This document shows positions 8,425 to 19,679 of a DNA stretch of 64,000 bases, one piece after another (within the stretch, counting starts at the first letter, position 1; the number at the start of each line of letters is the position of its first letter). Below the pieces are notes generated by a model that made no database searches, was not told the origin of the DNA, and worked only from the letters and a program-made list of their open reading frames with translations. Origin of the DNA: a virus; the IMG/VR virus record IMGVR_UViG_3300042446_001440, positions 1 to 64,000 of that record. One strand, 5' to 3'. Both the position numbers and the translations under genes were made by a program.

Positions 8425-10692
8425 ATGCCCGATCAATTAACACCCGAAGAAGAACAGAAACGACTTGATATCATCCAAAAACAGGGTGTTGCTGTTAAAG
8501 ACTTAGCTAGTACATACGAAAAATTAGAAAAAACTTTAGGAAGATTAACAGCAGAAGAAAAGGAGTCGTTAGATGTTGCAAAAGAATTACAAAGAGCATC
8601 AGTTAATCTTGAAAAAAGTGTACAAAATAGACTAGACAGATCAGGTTCAATTAAAAGTTTAGAAACATCTTTAAATCAATTAATAAAAGATCAAACACAA
8701 ACATTAGCTACTCAAGCAAGTGTTACTGCTAAATTAGATAGTGATAGAGCTAAAGCAAATGCTTTATCTGCACAAGCCGCTGAAGCTGAAATTCGACAAA
8801 AAACCTCATTAAATACATTATTAGGAAAAACAGATGCAGCAATAAGACGAAGAAATAAAGCCGAAGATGAGGGTAATTCTAATCTTGTTGAACAACTAGA
8901 AACAGAAATTAGAGAAAATCAAAATATAATAGATCAAAACCAAAAAGATTTAAAATTAATAATTCAAAAAAAAGATGCACAAGAGGCCTTAGTTAAGCAA
9001 ATTGATCTAGCTAAGCAAGCTCATGAAAATTTAATAGAACAACAAAAAGAAGAAATAGCTTTAGCAAAACAGGAATTAAAAATAAGAAATGGTATTGCTA
9101 TGTTGGATTATGTAAATGAAAAATTCAGCACAAAGAAGATAGCTGAAATGTTTACTTTAGTAGGTCTATTTAAATTAATACTAGATTCAGCTTTACGTTT
9201 CAATGAAGTATCAGTAAAAACAAGTAAAAGTTTAGGGTATGGAGCCGATAATGCTGATAGAGTAACATCTAATTTAGTAGAAATAGCTCAAAACTCAAAT
9301 AATATAAATGTTACCCTAAAAAGTGCAGGAGAGGCAATGAGCCAACTGAATGAGGCAACAGGAGGAGTAGCAGAATATTCAGCAGATGTCTTAAAGACAC
9401 AAATAATGTTAACTAAGCAGTTAGGATTATCTGGAGAGGAAGCAGCCGGTATTTATAAATTCTCAGTATTAACGGGTAAATCATCGGAAAAAGTTAATGA
9501 CGAGATGGTAGCTGCTTTTGTTAATACTAGAAATGCAGTTAAAGGGTCAGCAGATTTTAAAACAACAATGGCCGCCGCTTCTAAAGTGTCAGGTCAATTA
9601 TCAGCAAACTTACAAAATAATCCCGGATTAATAACTAAAGCAGTTGTACAAGCACAAGCATTAGGTACTTCATTAGAACAAACAGCTGCTCAAGGTGCTT
9701 CTCTTTTAAATTTTGAATCATCTATTAGTAAAGAATTAGATGCTGAATTATTAACTGGTAAGCAGTTAAATCTTGAAAAAGCAAGAGCAGCTGCATTATC
9801 GGGTGACCAAATAACATTAGCAGAAGAATTAAATAAGAATGTAGGTACGTTATCTGACTACCAAAAAATGAATGTACTACAGCAAAATGCATTGGCAGAT
9901 GCTGTAGGTTTAACTGCAGATCAATTATCAGATCAATTAAGAAAACAAAAAATAGCAACAGAACAAGGTAAATCATTAGCACAAATTACTAAAGAAGAAG
10001 CACTTGAAGCTGAAAATAGGCAAGCAATACAAGATAAATTTAATGCCGCTATAGAAAAATTACAAGACTTTATTGGGAATTTAGTAGCAGGTCCTCTTGG
10101 AAAAATGTTAGAAATAATAAGTAATATATTACCTCTTGTAACAAGTATAGGAGCAGTATTCTTAGCAATTACAGCGGCTCAAAAGTTAGGAGCAATGTAT
10201 GAATCTCTTAAATTAGGATTTTTAGTAGCGGGAGAAGCAGCACTTGCTGGACAATTAACAACACAAGGAGCTCTTAACATAGCAAAAGGAAAAGATTTAG
10301 CAACATCAATAGGTATAGCAGCCGCATGGGTAGTTGCTAATCCTTTTAAAGCAATATTAGGATTAGCTTTAGCCGCTGGAGTAGGAGCATTAATATATAG
10401 CCAAATGGATGATGGTATGATAGGTCCAGGTGGAGAAACAATAGTATCTGGTCCAAAAGGTTCTATTCAATTAAATAAAGAGGATTCAATAGTAGCAGGT
10501 ACTGATTTATTTGGTGGAAATAAAGGCGGCGAATCAATGCAAGGCCCATCAATAGATCTAACACCAATGATAGTAGCAATAAACGCAGTTAAAACATCAA
10601 TAGATCGCCTATACGGTAAAGATTCATCAGTTCACATGGATGGTAAAAAAGTAGGTACCACATTAGCTCAAGGTTCACATAAAGTAGCATAA
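8425..10692 (+). CDS. Tape measure protein
   Basis: 755 aa, helical, A/L/Q-rich; LLNFESSI..EL.AELLTGKQLNLEKARAAAL; hydrophobic stretches; ends MDGKKVG; follows the chaperone genes. Confidence 0.8.
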   Translation: MPDQLTPEEEQKRLDIIQKQGVAVKDLASTYEKLEKTLGRLTAEEKESLDVAKELQRASVNLEKSVQNRLDRSGSIKSLETSLNQLIKDQTQTLATQASVTAKLDSDRAKANALSAQAAEAEIRQKTSLNTLLGKTDAAIRRRNKAEDEGNSNLVEQLETEIRENQNIIDQNQKDLKLIIQKKDAQEALVKQIDLAKQAHENLIEQQKEEIALAKQELKIRNGIAMLDYVNEKFSTKKIAEMFTLVGLFKLILDSALRFNEVSVKTSKSLGYGADNADRVTSNLVEIAQNSNNINVTLKSAGEAMSQLNEATGGVAEYSADVLKTQIMLTKQLGLSGEEAAGIYKFSVLTGKSSEKVNDEMVAAFVNTRNAVKGSADFKTTMAAASKVSGQLSANLQNNPGLITKAVVQAQALGTSLEQTAAQGASLLNFESSISKELDAELLTGKQLNLEKARAAALSGDQITLAEELNKNVGTLSDYQKMNVLQQNALADAVGLTADQLSDQLRKQKIATEQGKSLAQITKEEALEAENRQAIQDKFNAAIEKLQDFIGNLVAGPLGKMLEIISNILPLVTSIGAVFLAITAAQKLGAMYESLKLGFLVAGEAALAGQLTTQGALNIAKGKDLATSIGIAAAWVVANPFKAILGLALAAGVGALIYSQMDDGMIGPGGETIVSGPKGSIQLNKEDSIVAGTDLFGGNKGGESMQGPSIDLTPMIVAINAVKTSIDRLYGKDSSVHMDGKKVGTTLAQGSHKVA

Positions 10693-10731
10693 TACTTTAA
10701 TATTTATATCAAACAATAAAACAATATAATC

Positions 10732-11073
10732 ATGCCAATAATTGACCAATTATCAAAAAGCACTTTAAGCTTAGTAGGTAACGGATTTAACGCACAACCA
10801 AATAGTGCTGCTTGGGGATACATAGATGCCTCATCAAATTTAGACCCAGCTGCTAGTAACTTACAAAATACATACTCTGTAAACAGTACACCTAACGTTA
10901 AATTAAAAGACTTTAACAAAAACGGCGTATCTACAGTTAAAGCTGAATCTAGATTAGACGAATTAGATCCAAACGCTCCAAAATTACAACCAAGAGGAGT
11001 AGTATCTCAAGCATACAAATCAAAAACAGGTCTTACATATAAAGACTTAGGACCAGCAGGCGGACGTTACTAA
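10732..11073 (+). CDS. Hypothetical virion/baseplate protein
   Basis: Within tail module, ATATTTAT motif upstream. Confidence 0.6.
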   Translation: MPIIDQLSKSTLSLVGNGFNAQPNSAAWGYIDASSNLDPAASNLQNTYSVNSTPNVKLKDFNKNGVSTVKAESRLDELDPNAPKLQPRGVVSQAYKSKTGLTYKDLGPAGGRY

Positions 11074-11083
11074 TACTATATAA

Positions 11084-13465
11084 ATGGGTTCGTTATTAAA
11101 ACTAAAAACAGATCTTAAATCCATTAAGTACGGTCACGATCGTGCTGATGGAGGAAGTAGTGGGCAACCATATATTAAAACTGATATCAACACTGTTGAT
11201 AAAGGTATTAATAGGCTAAGATTTGGCAACTTCGACGAGGGATTAGTTAGAGGTGGAGTTATAGGCATGTTAAATTCATCAATTACTGATACGCTTCGTA
11301 TTGGTAAATTTTTAACTGATACTCCAAAAGGTCCCTTATTCATTATAAAGCAAGTTGGCTTACAATTATCTAATCCACGTTTAGAATCAAAAGAAGTAAA
11401 AACAAATCGTTCTACTACTGGTGGAGGATTCATTACTAATGCTATTAACTTTGTAGCTAACGTAGCAGGTAAAATAGAAAATGCAGTAGGACCTACTCGC
11501 ATTTATAATCTCGGTATTAATACACTAGCACAAGTACCTATTAATGGTATTGGTGGTCATATTGTAAGACATGGTTTCTTACCTACGTCTGATCCAAATA
11601 AATACTACTCAGCCGTAGTTACACACAACAATGAAAATGGTACTAACAGATTAGAATTATTAGCTACTAAATTTCAACTTGGAGATAAAAAGACTAACCT
11701 TACTATAAGTAAAGATAAGATTAAATTACTTAATACTATTACAGATATTATAGGTAAATTTACTGGAATTACTATTCCTGCTTTAAAACCTACTCAACTT
11801 ACTATATCTAACTATATAGGAGGTCCTGGTTCGGTTTATGGTATTGGTAATACTCTTATTAGTAGAACTACTTTTACTGAAGATAAGTTTAAAGTTGACT
11901 TAGCCTTAAAACAAAGTAAGGCATTTTCCGGAAAAACAAGGGATAATAAAGGAGATCCTCAAGAAATAAAACAAATAGATAGATTCTTTGGAGTATCTAA
12001 TATAGTTTCCTCCTCTTTATCAACATATTCCTTTGATCCATCAACTAAAAAAGGACCTATATCTAATAATGATAATAATATCCCAACAACGTTAAATGAT
12101 AATCTAGCTAAGGAAAAGGATAAATTTATATTCCATCAACGCCCAGCGGATTTACCTACAGTATCCAATGTTAGAGATATATCACTAAATGGTCCTTCAA
12201 CATTTCCTGGAACTTATACTAGAGAGGGTGATAAAACAAGTAATGTTCAAGTTTCATCTCCTACATTAGTTTATGGTAGAGATTATAATAATATTAATAC
12301 AAAGGTAGAAAATTTATCTTCTTCTTCACCTAATTTAGGAATATACACAAAAATAATTCATAAAACAGAAGATAATATAGGCAACCAACTTTTATATCCA
12401 ACATCCCTTAAATCTCCAAAATACAAGAATAGCTACGGCCAGACTATTACTTTAAAAGGTAAATGGACGACACTAACGCGTGAAACTAGAGTTGGTGCTG
12501 GAAGAAAAGATGAAGCTACTTTAACACCTATATTTGAAGATGAAATGGGAAGTCTTGAGGATGATACTCCAATTCTAGTTACCGATTCTTCATATCCATA
12601 TCAAAAGAAACTAGCAACTATAAGAGATTTAGTTAAATTTAGAATACAAGCTATAGATACTCACAATCCTATGGGTAAAGCCATGTGGATGATATTTAGA
12701 GCATACTTAACTGCCTTTTCAGATGGTGTAGATGCAACATGGAGTCCAATTAAATATGCTGGTAGAGGAGATCAATTCTATATATATGATGGATTTACTA
12801 GAAAAATGAGTGTTAGCTTTAAAGTAGCAGCATTATCGGCTGAAGAAATGGAGCCAATGTATCAAAAATTAAATTATTTAATGAGTAACTTAATGCCTGA
12901 TTACTCAGACCAAGGAGGTACATTGGGGGTATTAATGAAAGGACCACTTGTTAGAATGACCATAGGTAACTATATTGATGGCCAATTATGTAAATTAGAT
13001 TCAGTATCATATACAATACCACAAGATTCACCTTGGGAAATATCATTAGCAAGTCAAGATGGAAAACCTCTTGAATTAAATTTACCACATATTATAGAAG
13101 TACAATTAAGCTTTACTCCTATTGGTTCTCAAACTAGAGATAAAAATAGATTGTCAAGAAAAACAGATGGTACATCTCATATAGCTCAAAACTGGAATTC
13201 TACTGGGCCAAATAAAAATATTGGAGGGGCTGAAAGAGAATATATCTACAAAGAAGAAATTCCTTCTCCTGTACCTCCTTCTCCTGTGCCACCAACACCA
13301 GAACCAGCACCAGATCCTGACCCAGTAATAGTTCCACCACCACTTCCTATAGTAACATCAGATTTTACTGGAAGAGGAGCTACATTTGAACGTTCTCAAA
13401 ACAAAGAATCTCGACTTAAATCAGCAGATGATATATCATTAGAACTCCAAAATAGATATAAATAA
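11084..13465 (+). CDS. Baseplate / tube-initiator-like protein
   Basis: C-terminal FRAYL..FSD..ATW..KYAGR..FY.Y.GFTR..SFKV..KLNYL..P.VRMTIG..SPWE tube-like domain; Pro-rich tail. Confidence 0.65.
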   Translation: MGSLLKLKTDLKSIKYGHDRADGGSSGQPYIKTDINTVDKGINRLRFGNFDEGLVRGGVIGMLNSSITDTLRIGKFLTDTPKGPLFIIKQVGLQLSNPRLESKEVKTNRSTTGGGFITNAINFVANVAGKIENAVGPTRIYNLGINTLAQVPINGIGGHIVRHGFLPTSDPNKYYSAVVTHNNENGTNRLELLATKFQLGDKKTNLTISKDKIKLLNTITDIIGKFTGITIPALKPTQLTISNYIGGPGSVYGIGNTLISRTTFTEDKFKVDLALKQSKAFSGKTRDNKGDPQEIKQIDRFFGVSNIVSSSLSTYSFDPSTKKGPISNNDNNIPTTLNDNLAKEKDKFIFHQRPADLPTVSNVRDISLNGPSTFPGTYTREGDKTSNVQVSSPTLVYGRDYNNINTKVENLSSSSPNLGIYTKIIHKTEDNIGNQLLYPTSLKSPKYKNSYGQTITLKGKWTTLTRETRVGAGRKDEATLTPIFEDEMGSLEDDTPILVTDSSYPYQKKLATIRDLVKFRIQAIDTHNPMGKAMWMIFRAYLTAFSDGVDATWSPIKYAGRGDQFYIYDGFTRKMSVSFKVAALSAEEMEPMYQKLNYLMSNLMPDYSDQGGTLGVLMKGPLVRMTIGNYIDGQLCKLDSVSYTIPQDSPWEISLASQDGKPLELNLPHIIEVQLSFTPIGSQTRDKNRLSRKTDGTSHIAQNWNSTGPNKNIGGAEREYIYKEEIPSPVPPSPVPPTPEPAPDPDPVIVPPPLPIVTSDFTGRGATFERSQNKESRLKSADDISLELQNRYK

Positions 13466-13771
13466 ATGACACGCTACGACAATACTACAATATTAAAAAC
13501 ATCGGATAATAAACCGTATTACAAGAGTAAAATTTACCCTACAATACCTTTATCTGAAAGCGATGTGTATGTTATTACAACAATAGGAGACAGACTTGAT
13601 TATATGGCTTATACTTATTATCGTGACTCGGAATTATATTGGATTATATCAATAGCAAACAATAATGTAACTAAAGGTTCATTATTCCCAATACCAGGAA
13701 CACAAATGAGGATACCATCTAATGTATCAAGTGTATTAAGTTTATTTAATAAATTCAATAAGGTGAAATAA
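13466..13771 (+). CDS. LysM-like baseplate wedge protein (gp53/tail X-like)
   Basis: GDRLDYMAY.YYRDSELYWII..AN...G.QMRIP. Confidence 0.8.
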   Translation: MTRYDNTTILKTSDNKPYYKSKIYPTIPLSESDVYVITTIGDRLDYMAYTYYRDSELYWIISIANNNVTKGSLFPIPGTQMRIPSNVSSVLSLFNKFNKVK

Positions 13772-13775
13772 TGTT

Positions 13776-16700
13776 ATGTCTATATTCAAAGGAACATTCA
13801 ATAAAAGTATTAAAGATCAGTTAGATGTACGCCAAAAAGCAATAAACGACCGTACACCTCAGAATCTATCATATATGAATTCACGCAATGCGTGGATTAG
13901 GTTATCATCCTCTGTAAATACATTCACTGGAGGTATTACTGATAAAACAACATTAGAAGAATTAAATGATGATGGAAAATATGATAACAAATTAGCTAAA
14001 CAATACGTTTTACAAGGTGGAATCTTAAATGATAATAAATTACGAGCAGGATTAGGTGATTTTTCAAATGCCTACAGCAATAAAGCATCAGATGGAACAG
14101 CGTATCGCTTAGGTATTCGCCCTATGCCTGGTATTACTAACATAGATGTTAAGTCTAAAGGTGCATATGGCTCACTACGAGAAGCAACAATAAACTTTCA
14201 ATGTTGGGATATTAAACAATTAGAAGAATTAGAATTACTCTATATGCGCCCTGGATATAGTGTACTATTAGAATGGGGATGGACTCCATTTTTAGATAAT
14301 AGTAATAAGTATAATACTCGTGTAGAATATACAGATATTATAGATACAGCTCATAATAAAGAAGAATTATTTAGATTACAATATGCTAAGTCAGCAGATG
14401 GTAATTATGTGAATGAAAAGGGTGAAAAACAAACAACAAAAGGATACCAAGGCAACTACGATGCTATGTATGGTACTATTAAAAACTATGGTTGGACTGC
14501 TAGAATGGATGGTGGGTATGATTGTCATACCTCAATCATATCTATGGGAGAAATCATGGAATCCCTAAAAATAAATTATTCTCCTCTAGATAATAAAACT
14601 CAAATTTCAACTAAAGGATTAATAACCAAAAATGTAGTTTCAGATCCCCCAGCTGCTATATCTACTACTCTTATGCCTTACCTATCTGAAGCATATAACC
14701 AGAATATATTAGCAGGATTATTTTATGAATTATGGGAAATAGGACAACAACTTGGAGGAACTACAGGGTTTACTCAATTCTCAGATAAAACAGGTAACTC
14801 ATATAGTTTAACAGATACTTCTAAAACTACAGGAAATAAATATGAACTTTTTCGTTTATCTCTTAATATAAAAGGAGGTGCAAGTGAAGCTGATAATAGA
14901 GGAAATATAGGAAAAACAGATGAACAAATATACATTACTTTAGAATCCTTAGTTAATGTACTTAACAATTATGTTCTATTACAAGACACTGATAAAAAAA
15001 CACCAATATCATCATTATCAGTATTGGAATCAGATATTACTAATGTTGGGGTAACACCTGATAACGTCACAGGAGAAGGATATTTACTAGCATTAGCTCA
15101 CCCATTACAGATATCAGTTGACCCAACAGTATGTCTTATTAAAAACCAACTATGGGCAGATGGAATTGATATTAAATTATTGACTCCGGGAGCTGTAGAT
15201 CCTAATATAGGAGATGTAGTGATAAAATACGGTAAACAACTAAATAATGATTATGATGCAGCTTGGTGGAAAGAATTAGCTAAAAGAATAAATGCTGCTG
15301 ATACAAATGCAAACTCCGATAGTATACAAAAATTAATAGATTATGTTCAAGAATCAGTAGGAACCGGACCCTCTAGTACAGAAGAATTAAAAGAAATACA
15401 AAGAAGATTTATAGAGATTAAAGCTAATCCTAAAATTGAACCGGGTAACTATGTAGTGAGTACTTTAGCTGCTGGAATTATACCATTTACAATAACATTA
15501 GCAGAATATGATAGTTTTTATGACTTATTAGATGAAGGATTAAACTCAGCAGTAGATATAGGAAGAGCTATAGGAAGTAGAGATAAACAAGGAAAAAAGG
15601 TAGTAGGATCTGATTTTGCTATTGAAGCTGCATCAAAAGATCCTAAAGTAGTTACTGATAATCAATTAGCCGCTAAATCAAAACAACTACAAAATCAAAA
15701 AGATAAAGGATCAGCAGGTACTAAAATTTTACAACATCTTAAATTACCATATTTTACAAATAATAAATGGCAGGATGAATTAGGTATAATAGGAAATATA
15801 TATGTTAATCTAAATATGTTATATAATCTTATTGTAAGTAAAGATTTAGCAGCTCAAGATCCTAAAGAAAAAAACGATGTTGCCTTATATGATTTTATAA
15901 AAAATATTTTAAAGAAAATTTCTTCTGCAACGGGTGATGTAAATAATTTAGAACTATTTATAGATCCTGTAGATGGTATAGCTAGAATAATTGATATAAA
16001 TTATGCTGATAGAAAAGATAATCCAAATTCAAAGTATGAAAATATAGTTGAAATTCAAGTTCAAAATTTAAATTCAGTAGTAAGATCATACAAAATAGAA
16101 TCACAAATATTTCCAGACCAAACTGCAACAATAGCTATTGGTTCACAAGTAAAAGGAGGAGCATTAGGACAAGATAATAATACATTAGTAGATTTTAATA
16201 GAGGAATAATAGATAGAATTGTACCTAGAAAAGATACTCCTACTTCACCTCCAACTACTGACACCCCTCAATCTAATCTTACAACGTTATTAGAATCTTT
16301 AGGAGTAATATTTACTTTCTTTACAGATCTAGATCCGGAAGCTCATAAAACTGGTTTATTAAATGATGGAGATTATGATGTAGATGAAGCAGGTAAATAC
16401 CAAAACTCATTAAAAGATTTAATAAATTTCTTTAAAGCAATAAGTACATCCCGTACAAAAAATAAAGCAATTATACCTACTAAAGTATCATTAGTAATGG
16501 ATGGTATAGGAGGAATAGTAATAGGAAATCTATTTAGACTCCCTTCAGATGTATTACCTAAAGGGTATAGAGGAAGAGAAAATGAAGGAGGAAATAAAAT
16601 AGGATATGCCGTTACTGGTTTAGGACATTCAATACAAAATAACGATTGGATAACTAATGTAGATGCTCAATTTATGATACTAGATGATCCAAAAAAAGGA

Positions 16701-17261
16701 ATTGATGGTATTGATATTGATTTTGGTAATATAACAATAGTTACTACTGGTCAAGAAGCTAGTTTATCTCCCTCCAATCCAGGTATATCTACTCCAACAG
16801 GGGGAACAACAAAGATAATTAATGGCGTAGCAAGAAAAAATGGAGACATAGAGGATTTACTAGTACCAATGAGATCAGATCTATATATCAGACATTGGAG
16901 CTCAGTATGTCAAAGTGATAAAAAACGTATAAGACTTCAAGCAGCAGCAATGCAAAATTTAGAAAAAATGCTAACAGACGCTTATACAGCGGGAATATAT
17001 ATTAAAGTAAATTCATCATACAGAACATATGAGGACCAAGTAAGAATAAAAAATCTGGCTGCTGGAATACCAGCTGCTGAACCTGGTAATTCAAATCATG
17101 GATTTGGATTAGCTGTAGATTTAGCAAATTCGGATGGTGGTAGAATTAATCCAATATCTACTCCAAAAGAATGGAAATGGATTCAAGATAATAAAGCAAA
17201 ATATGGCTTTGAAAATATCAATACCACCACAGAATCACATCATTATAATTATATAAAATAA
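13776..17261 (+). CDS. Baseplate hub protein fused to a C-terminal M15 (VanY-like) Zn peptidase
   Basis: N-terminal RPMPGIT..A.INF.CW..QLEELE.LY.RPGYSVLLEWGW; C-terminal SSYRTYEDQ..PGNSNHGFGLAVD..WI.DN..KYGF..ESHH. Confidence 0.8.
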   Translation: MSIFKGTFNKSIKDQLDVRQKAINDRTPQNLSYMNSRNAWIRLSSSVNTFTGGITDKTTLEELNDDGKYDNKLAKQYVLQGGILNDNKLRAGLGDFSNAYSNKASDGTAYRLGIRPMPGITNIDVKSKGAYGSLREATINFQCWDIKQLEELELLYMRPGYSVLLEWGWTPFLDNSNKYNTRVEYTDIIDTAHNKEELFRLQYAKSADGNYVNEKGEKQTTKGYQGNYDAMYGTIKNYGWTARMDGGYDCHTSIISMGEIMESLKINYSPLDNKTQISTKGLITKNVVSDPPAAISTTLMPYLSEAYNQNILAGLFYELWEIGQQLGGTTGFTQFSDKTGNSYSLTDTSKTTGNKYELFRLSLNIKGGASEADNRGNIGKTDEQIYITLESLVNVLNNYVLLQDTDKKTPISSLSVLESDITNVGVTPDNVTGEGYLLALAHPLQISVDPTVCLIKNQLWADGIDIKLLTPGAVDPNIGDVVIKYGKQLNNDYDAAWWKELAKRINAADTNANSDSIQKLIDYVQESVGTGPSSTEELKEIQRRFIEIKANPKIEPGNYVVSTLAAGIIPFTITLAEYDSFYDLLDEGLNSAVDIGRAIGSRDKQGKKVVGSDFAIEAASKDPKVVTDNQLAAKSKQLQNQKDKGSAGTKILQHLKLPYFTNNKWQDELGIIGNIYVNLNMLYNLIVSKDLAAQDPKEKNDVALYDFIKNILKKISSATGDVNNLELFIDPVDGIARIIDINYADRKDNPNSKYENIVEIQVQNLNSVVRSYKIESQIFPDQTATIAIGSQVKGGALGQDNNTLVDFNRGIIDRIVPRKDTPTSPPTTDTPQSNLTTLLESLGVIFTFFTDLDPEAHKTGLLNDGDYDVDEAGKYQNSLKDLINFFKAISTSRTKNKAIIPTKVSLVMDGIGGIVIGNLFRLPSDVLPKGYRGRENEGGNKIGYAVTGLGHSIQNNDWITNVDAQFMILDDPKKGIDGIDIDFGNITIVTTGQEASLSPSNPGISTPTGGTTKIINGVARKNGDIEDLLVPMRSDLYIRHWSSVCQSDKKRIRLQAAAMQNLEKMLTDAYTAGIYIKVNSSYRTYEDQVRIKNLAAGIPAAEPGNSNHGFGLAVDLANSDGGRINPISTPKEWKWIQDNKAKYGFENINTTTESHHYNYIK

Positions 17262-17782
17262 TGTCACTAAGAATACCAGCTAACCAAATTGTAAAAAGTA
17301 AATATACTATCGGAAAAGAGTATATGTTTGAAAATACTTATAGAGAATATCAAGGATATTATTATGAAACAAAGGGTAAATTATTTGCAGGTAAAGAATT
17401 TAATATTAATGCTCCCGTATTAGTAAAAATAAATTTTCTTAATACCACTCCTTTACGAACAAATCCCGCTACATTTGTGTATGGAATAATATCTGGAATA
17501 AAATTAAATAGTGCTGTTCCACCTTCTTTTATATTTCAATATAATTCTAATACTAGATATTTTTCATATCAACTTACTAAAAAATTAATTAAAGAAATAG
17601 ATAAAGATACTTTTACTAATTTTCAATCTAATCCTTTATATGTTATAGTATCGTTAAGTTATGCTGGAAAATTTAAAGATAGTGAATTAAAAGAAGCAGA
17701 GAAGAAAATTCCAGGTATAACTACTTATGTAAATACTTCTTATATAAATCCTTCTATAGAAGAAAGTGGTTTGATAGGCTAA
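17261..17782 (+). CDS. Hypothetical tail-module protein
   Basis: Coupled to hub gene; YT.GKEY..EY.GYYY motif. Confidence 0.6.
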   Translation: MSLRIPANQIVKSKYTIGKEYMFENTYREYQGYYYETKGKLFAGKEFNINAPVLVKINFLNTTPLRTNPATFVYGIISGIKLNSAVPPSFIFQYNSNTRYFSYQLTKKLIKEIDKDTFTNFQSNPLYVIVSLSYAGKFKDSELKEAEKKIPGITTYVNTSYINPSIEESGLIG

Positions 17783-17801
17783 ATTTCCTTTCATATCTTA
17801 A
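17770..17801 (+). promoter_or_regulatory. Bacteroidota-type promoter opening the replication module
   Basis: TTTG, 20 nt, TATCTTAA. Confidence 0.5.
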
Positions 17802-17823
17802 AGCAAACAAAAGGTTATGAAAT

Positions 17824-19119
17824 ATGTTCTACATTATTGAAAGAAAAGACCAACTAGACCAATTAGGTCCGTTCAAAGATTGCTTTGTAAAGTTTATTCA
17901 AGGGAATGACAACTACCACCCTAAATTAAGTCCATTAAGCTTAATTTATGTCAGAGATACATCTGAACATAAAGGATACATTCTATGCTTAAACCACAAT
18001 GAATCATTTTCATTAGAGATTAAAGACGTATTTGATTGGTTATTGAATAAAACCGAACGCTTATTCGTATTGAATAAGAAAGAAGCATTATATTCGTTTC
18101 CACACGAACACAAATTATTCGACATTGAATTCCTTAAACTTCCGGACCTAACCGCGTCACACCGCGTGCCAGCAATTACGTACTATTATCAACACCATAC
18201 TAACTTACCGAATGTTAACTGCTTAATTCCTATTAGTAAACATTACGAAGAAAACGAAAATATATTTAGTGTAATACTACCTATAATCCGTAGCTATCGA
18301 GCAGATAACGCCGTTTATGCGTTTAATAATGGCCCTTTAACGCGCGTATTTCATGAAATAGAATCACAAGGTATTCAAGTAGATAAAAAATGCTTCGTGG
18401 ATTGCTATGGTGAGGAATTAAAATACCCTCAATTTAACCTTAGCAAAAGTAAAATATACAGCCAATACAATTTACAAACACTAACAGGCAGACCTTCAAA
18501 CACATACAACAGTATTAACTTCGCAGCATTAAATAAAACAAGTGGCGAGCGTTTATGCTATAAACCCGCAAATGGTACGTTTGTAGAATTCGATATGCAA
18601 GGATATCATCCACGCTTAATAGCTGAATTGATTGGATTTGAATTTAATGATAAAAACACATACGAGACATTAGGAGAATTATTAGGTGTCAGTACTCAAG
18701 AAGCTAAGGAACTAACATTCAAACAATTGTATGGAGGTGTATGGGATGAATATAGAAACAAACCATTCTTCAAAGATATCGTAGCGTTAACCGATGGTAT
18801 ATGGGAAGAGTATCAATATGGGGGACGATATTCGACAGAAAATCGAATATTTATATCTGACCGTGAGATGACGCAATCTAAATTGCTGAATTACATCGTT
18901 CAAAGTATGGAAACGTCAACTAATGTTAAGATGTTAGTAGATATATTGGAGTATTTAAAAGATAAACAAACCAAAATAGTACTGTATACTTATGATGCAT
19001 TCTTATTCGATTATGCTGAATCAGACGGAAAACAAACGCTAATAGATATAAAACAGTTAATTAAATACCCAGTGAACATTAAAATGGGTAAATCTTATCA
19101 CGAACTAAACAAAATATAA
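17824..19119 (+). CDS. Short, divergent family A DNA polymerase-like protein
   Basis: TLTGRPSN..NF; motif A FDMQGYHPR; motif B AKELTFKQLYG; NYIVQS.E; motif C YTYDAFLFD. Confidence 0.8.
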   Translation: MFYIIERKDQLDQLGPFKDCFVKFIQGNDNYHPKLSPLSLIYVRDTSEHKGYILCLNHNESFSLEIKDVFDWLLNKTERLFVLNKKEALYSFPHEHKLFDIEFLKLPDLTASHRVPAITYYYQHHTNLPNVNCLIPISKHYEENENIFSVILPIIRSYRADNAVYAFNNGPLTRVFHEIESQGIQVDKKCFVDCYGEELKYPQFNLSKSKIYSQYNLQTLTGRPSNTYNSINFAALNKTSGERLCYKPANGTFVEFDMQGYHPRLIAELIGFEFNDKNTYETLGELLGVSTQEAKELTFKQLYGGVWDEYRNKPFFKDIVALTDGIWEEYQYGGRYSTENRIFISDREMTQSKLLNYIVQSMETSTNVKMLVDILEYLKDKQTKIVLYTYDAFLFDYAESDGKQTLIDIKQLIKYPVNIKMGKSYHELNKI

Positions 19120-19586
19120 TGGACAGTAAGATATCATTAGTAAACAATCCTAACATATTTATGGGTAATGAATGGTCACCCAACACAGACTTAATGAACA
19201 AATTATTTTGTACTTTTACATTACTGATTGATTTAGAGGAAACAGTAACAACAATTAATCGCAGATACTCAATATTATTCGGTAAAATATTTATACTTGA
19301 ATCACCTCAAAGTGATGAATTGATATGCACATACAATATTGATACCAATAATGTATCAGCAGAACCAATGCCTAATACTATCTTATTACATCGTAAGAAA
19401 GAATCTAATACATTATATACTATCAATGCACTTAATACATTGATTATGTCATTGAATGAAGGTAGATTAGATAAAAACTATATGGTGAATTGGCAGGATT
19501 ATAAAAATAGTATATTACTAACTAATGGTCCTGACCTAAGAAAATTAGATACAGCAATACATAAGATAATAGATTTCAATAAATAA
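19119..19586 (+). CDS. Conserved-looking hypothetical protein (true start may be internal, 19161 or 19195)
   Basis: KLFCTF..TYNID..NTILLHRKKESNTLYTINALN; internal ATATTTAT at 19155. Confidence 0.7.
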   Translation: MDSKISLVNNPNIFMGNEWSPNTDLMNKLFCTFTLLIDLEETVTTINRRYSILFGKIFILESPQSDELICTYNIDTNNVSAEPMPNTILLHRKKESNTLYTINALNTLIMSLNEGRLDKNYMVNWQDYKNSILLTNGPDLRKLDTAIHKIIDFNK

Positions 19587-19679
19587 TCTTCGTAAGAAGA
19601 GTTTTGAAAACCAAAATAAGAATCATAGATTCAACCTATATTGTGTTCATAGAACACCTAACAATTAAACCCAATTAAC

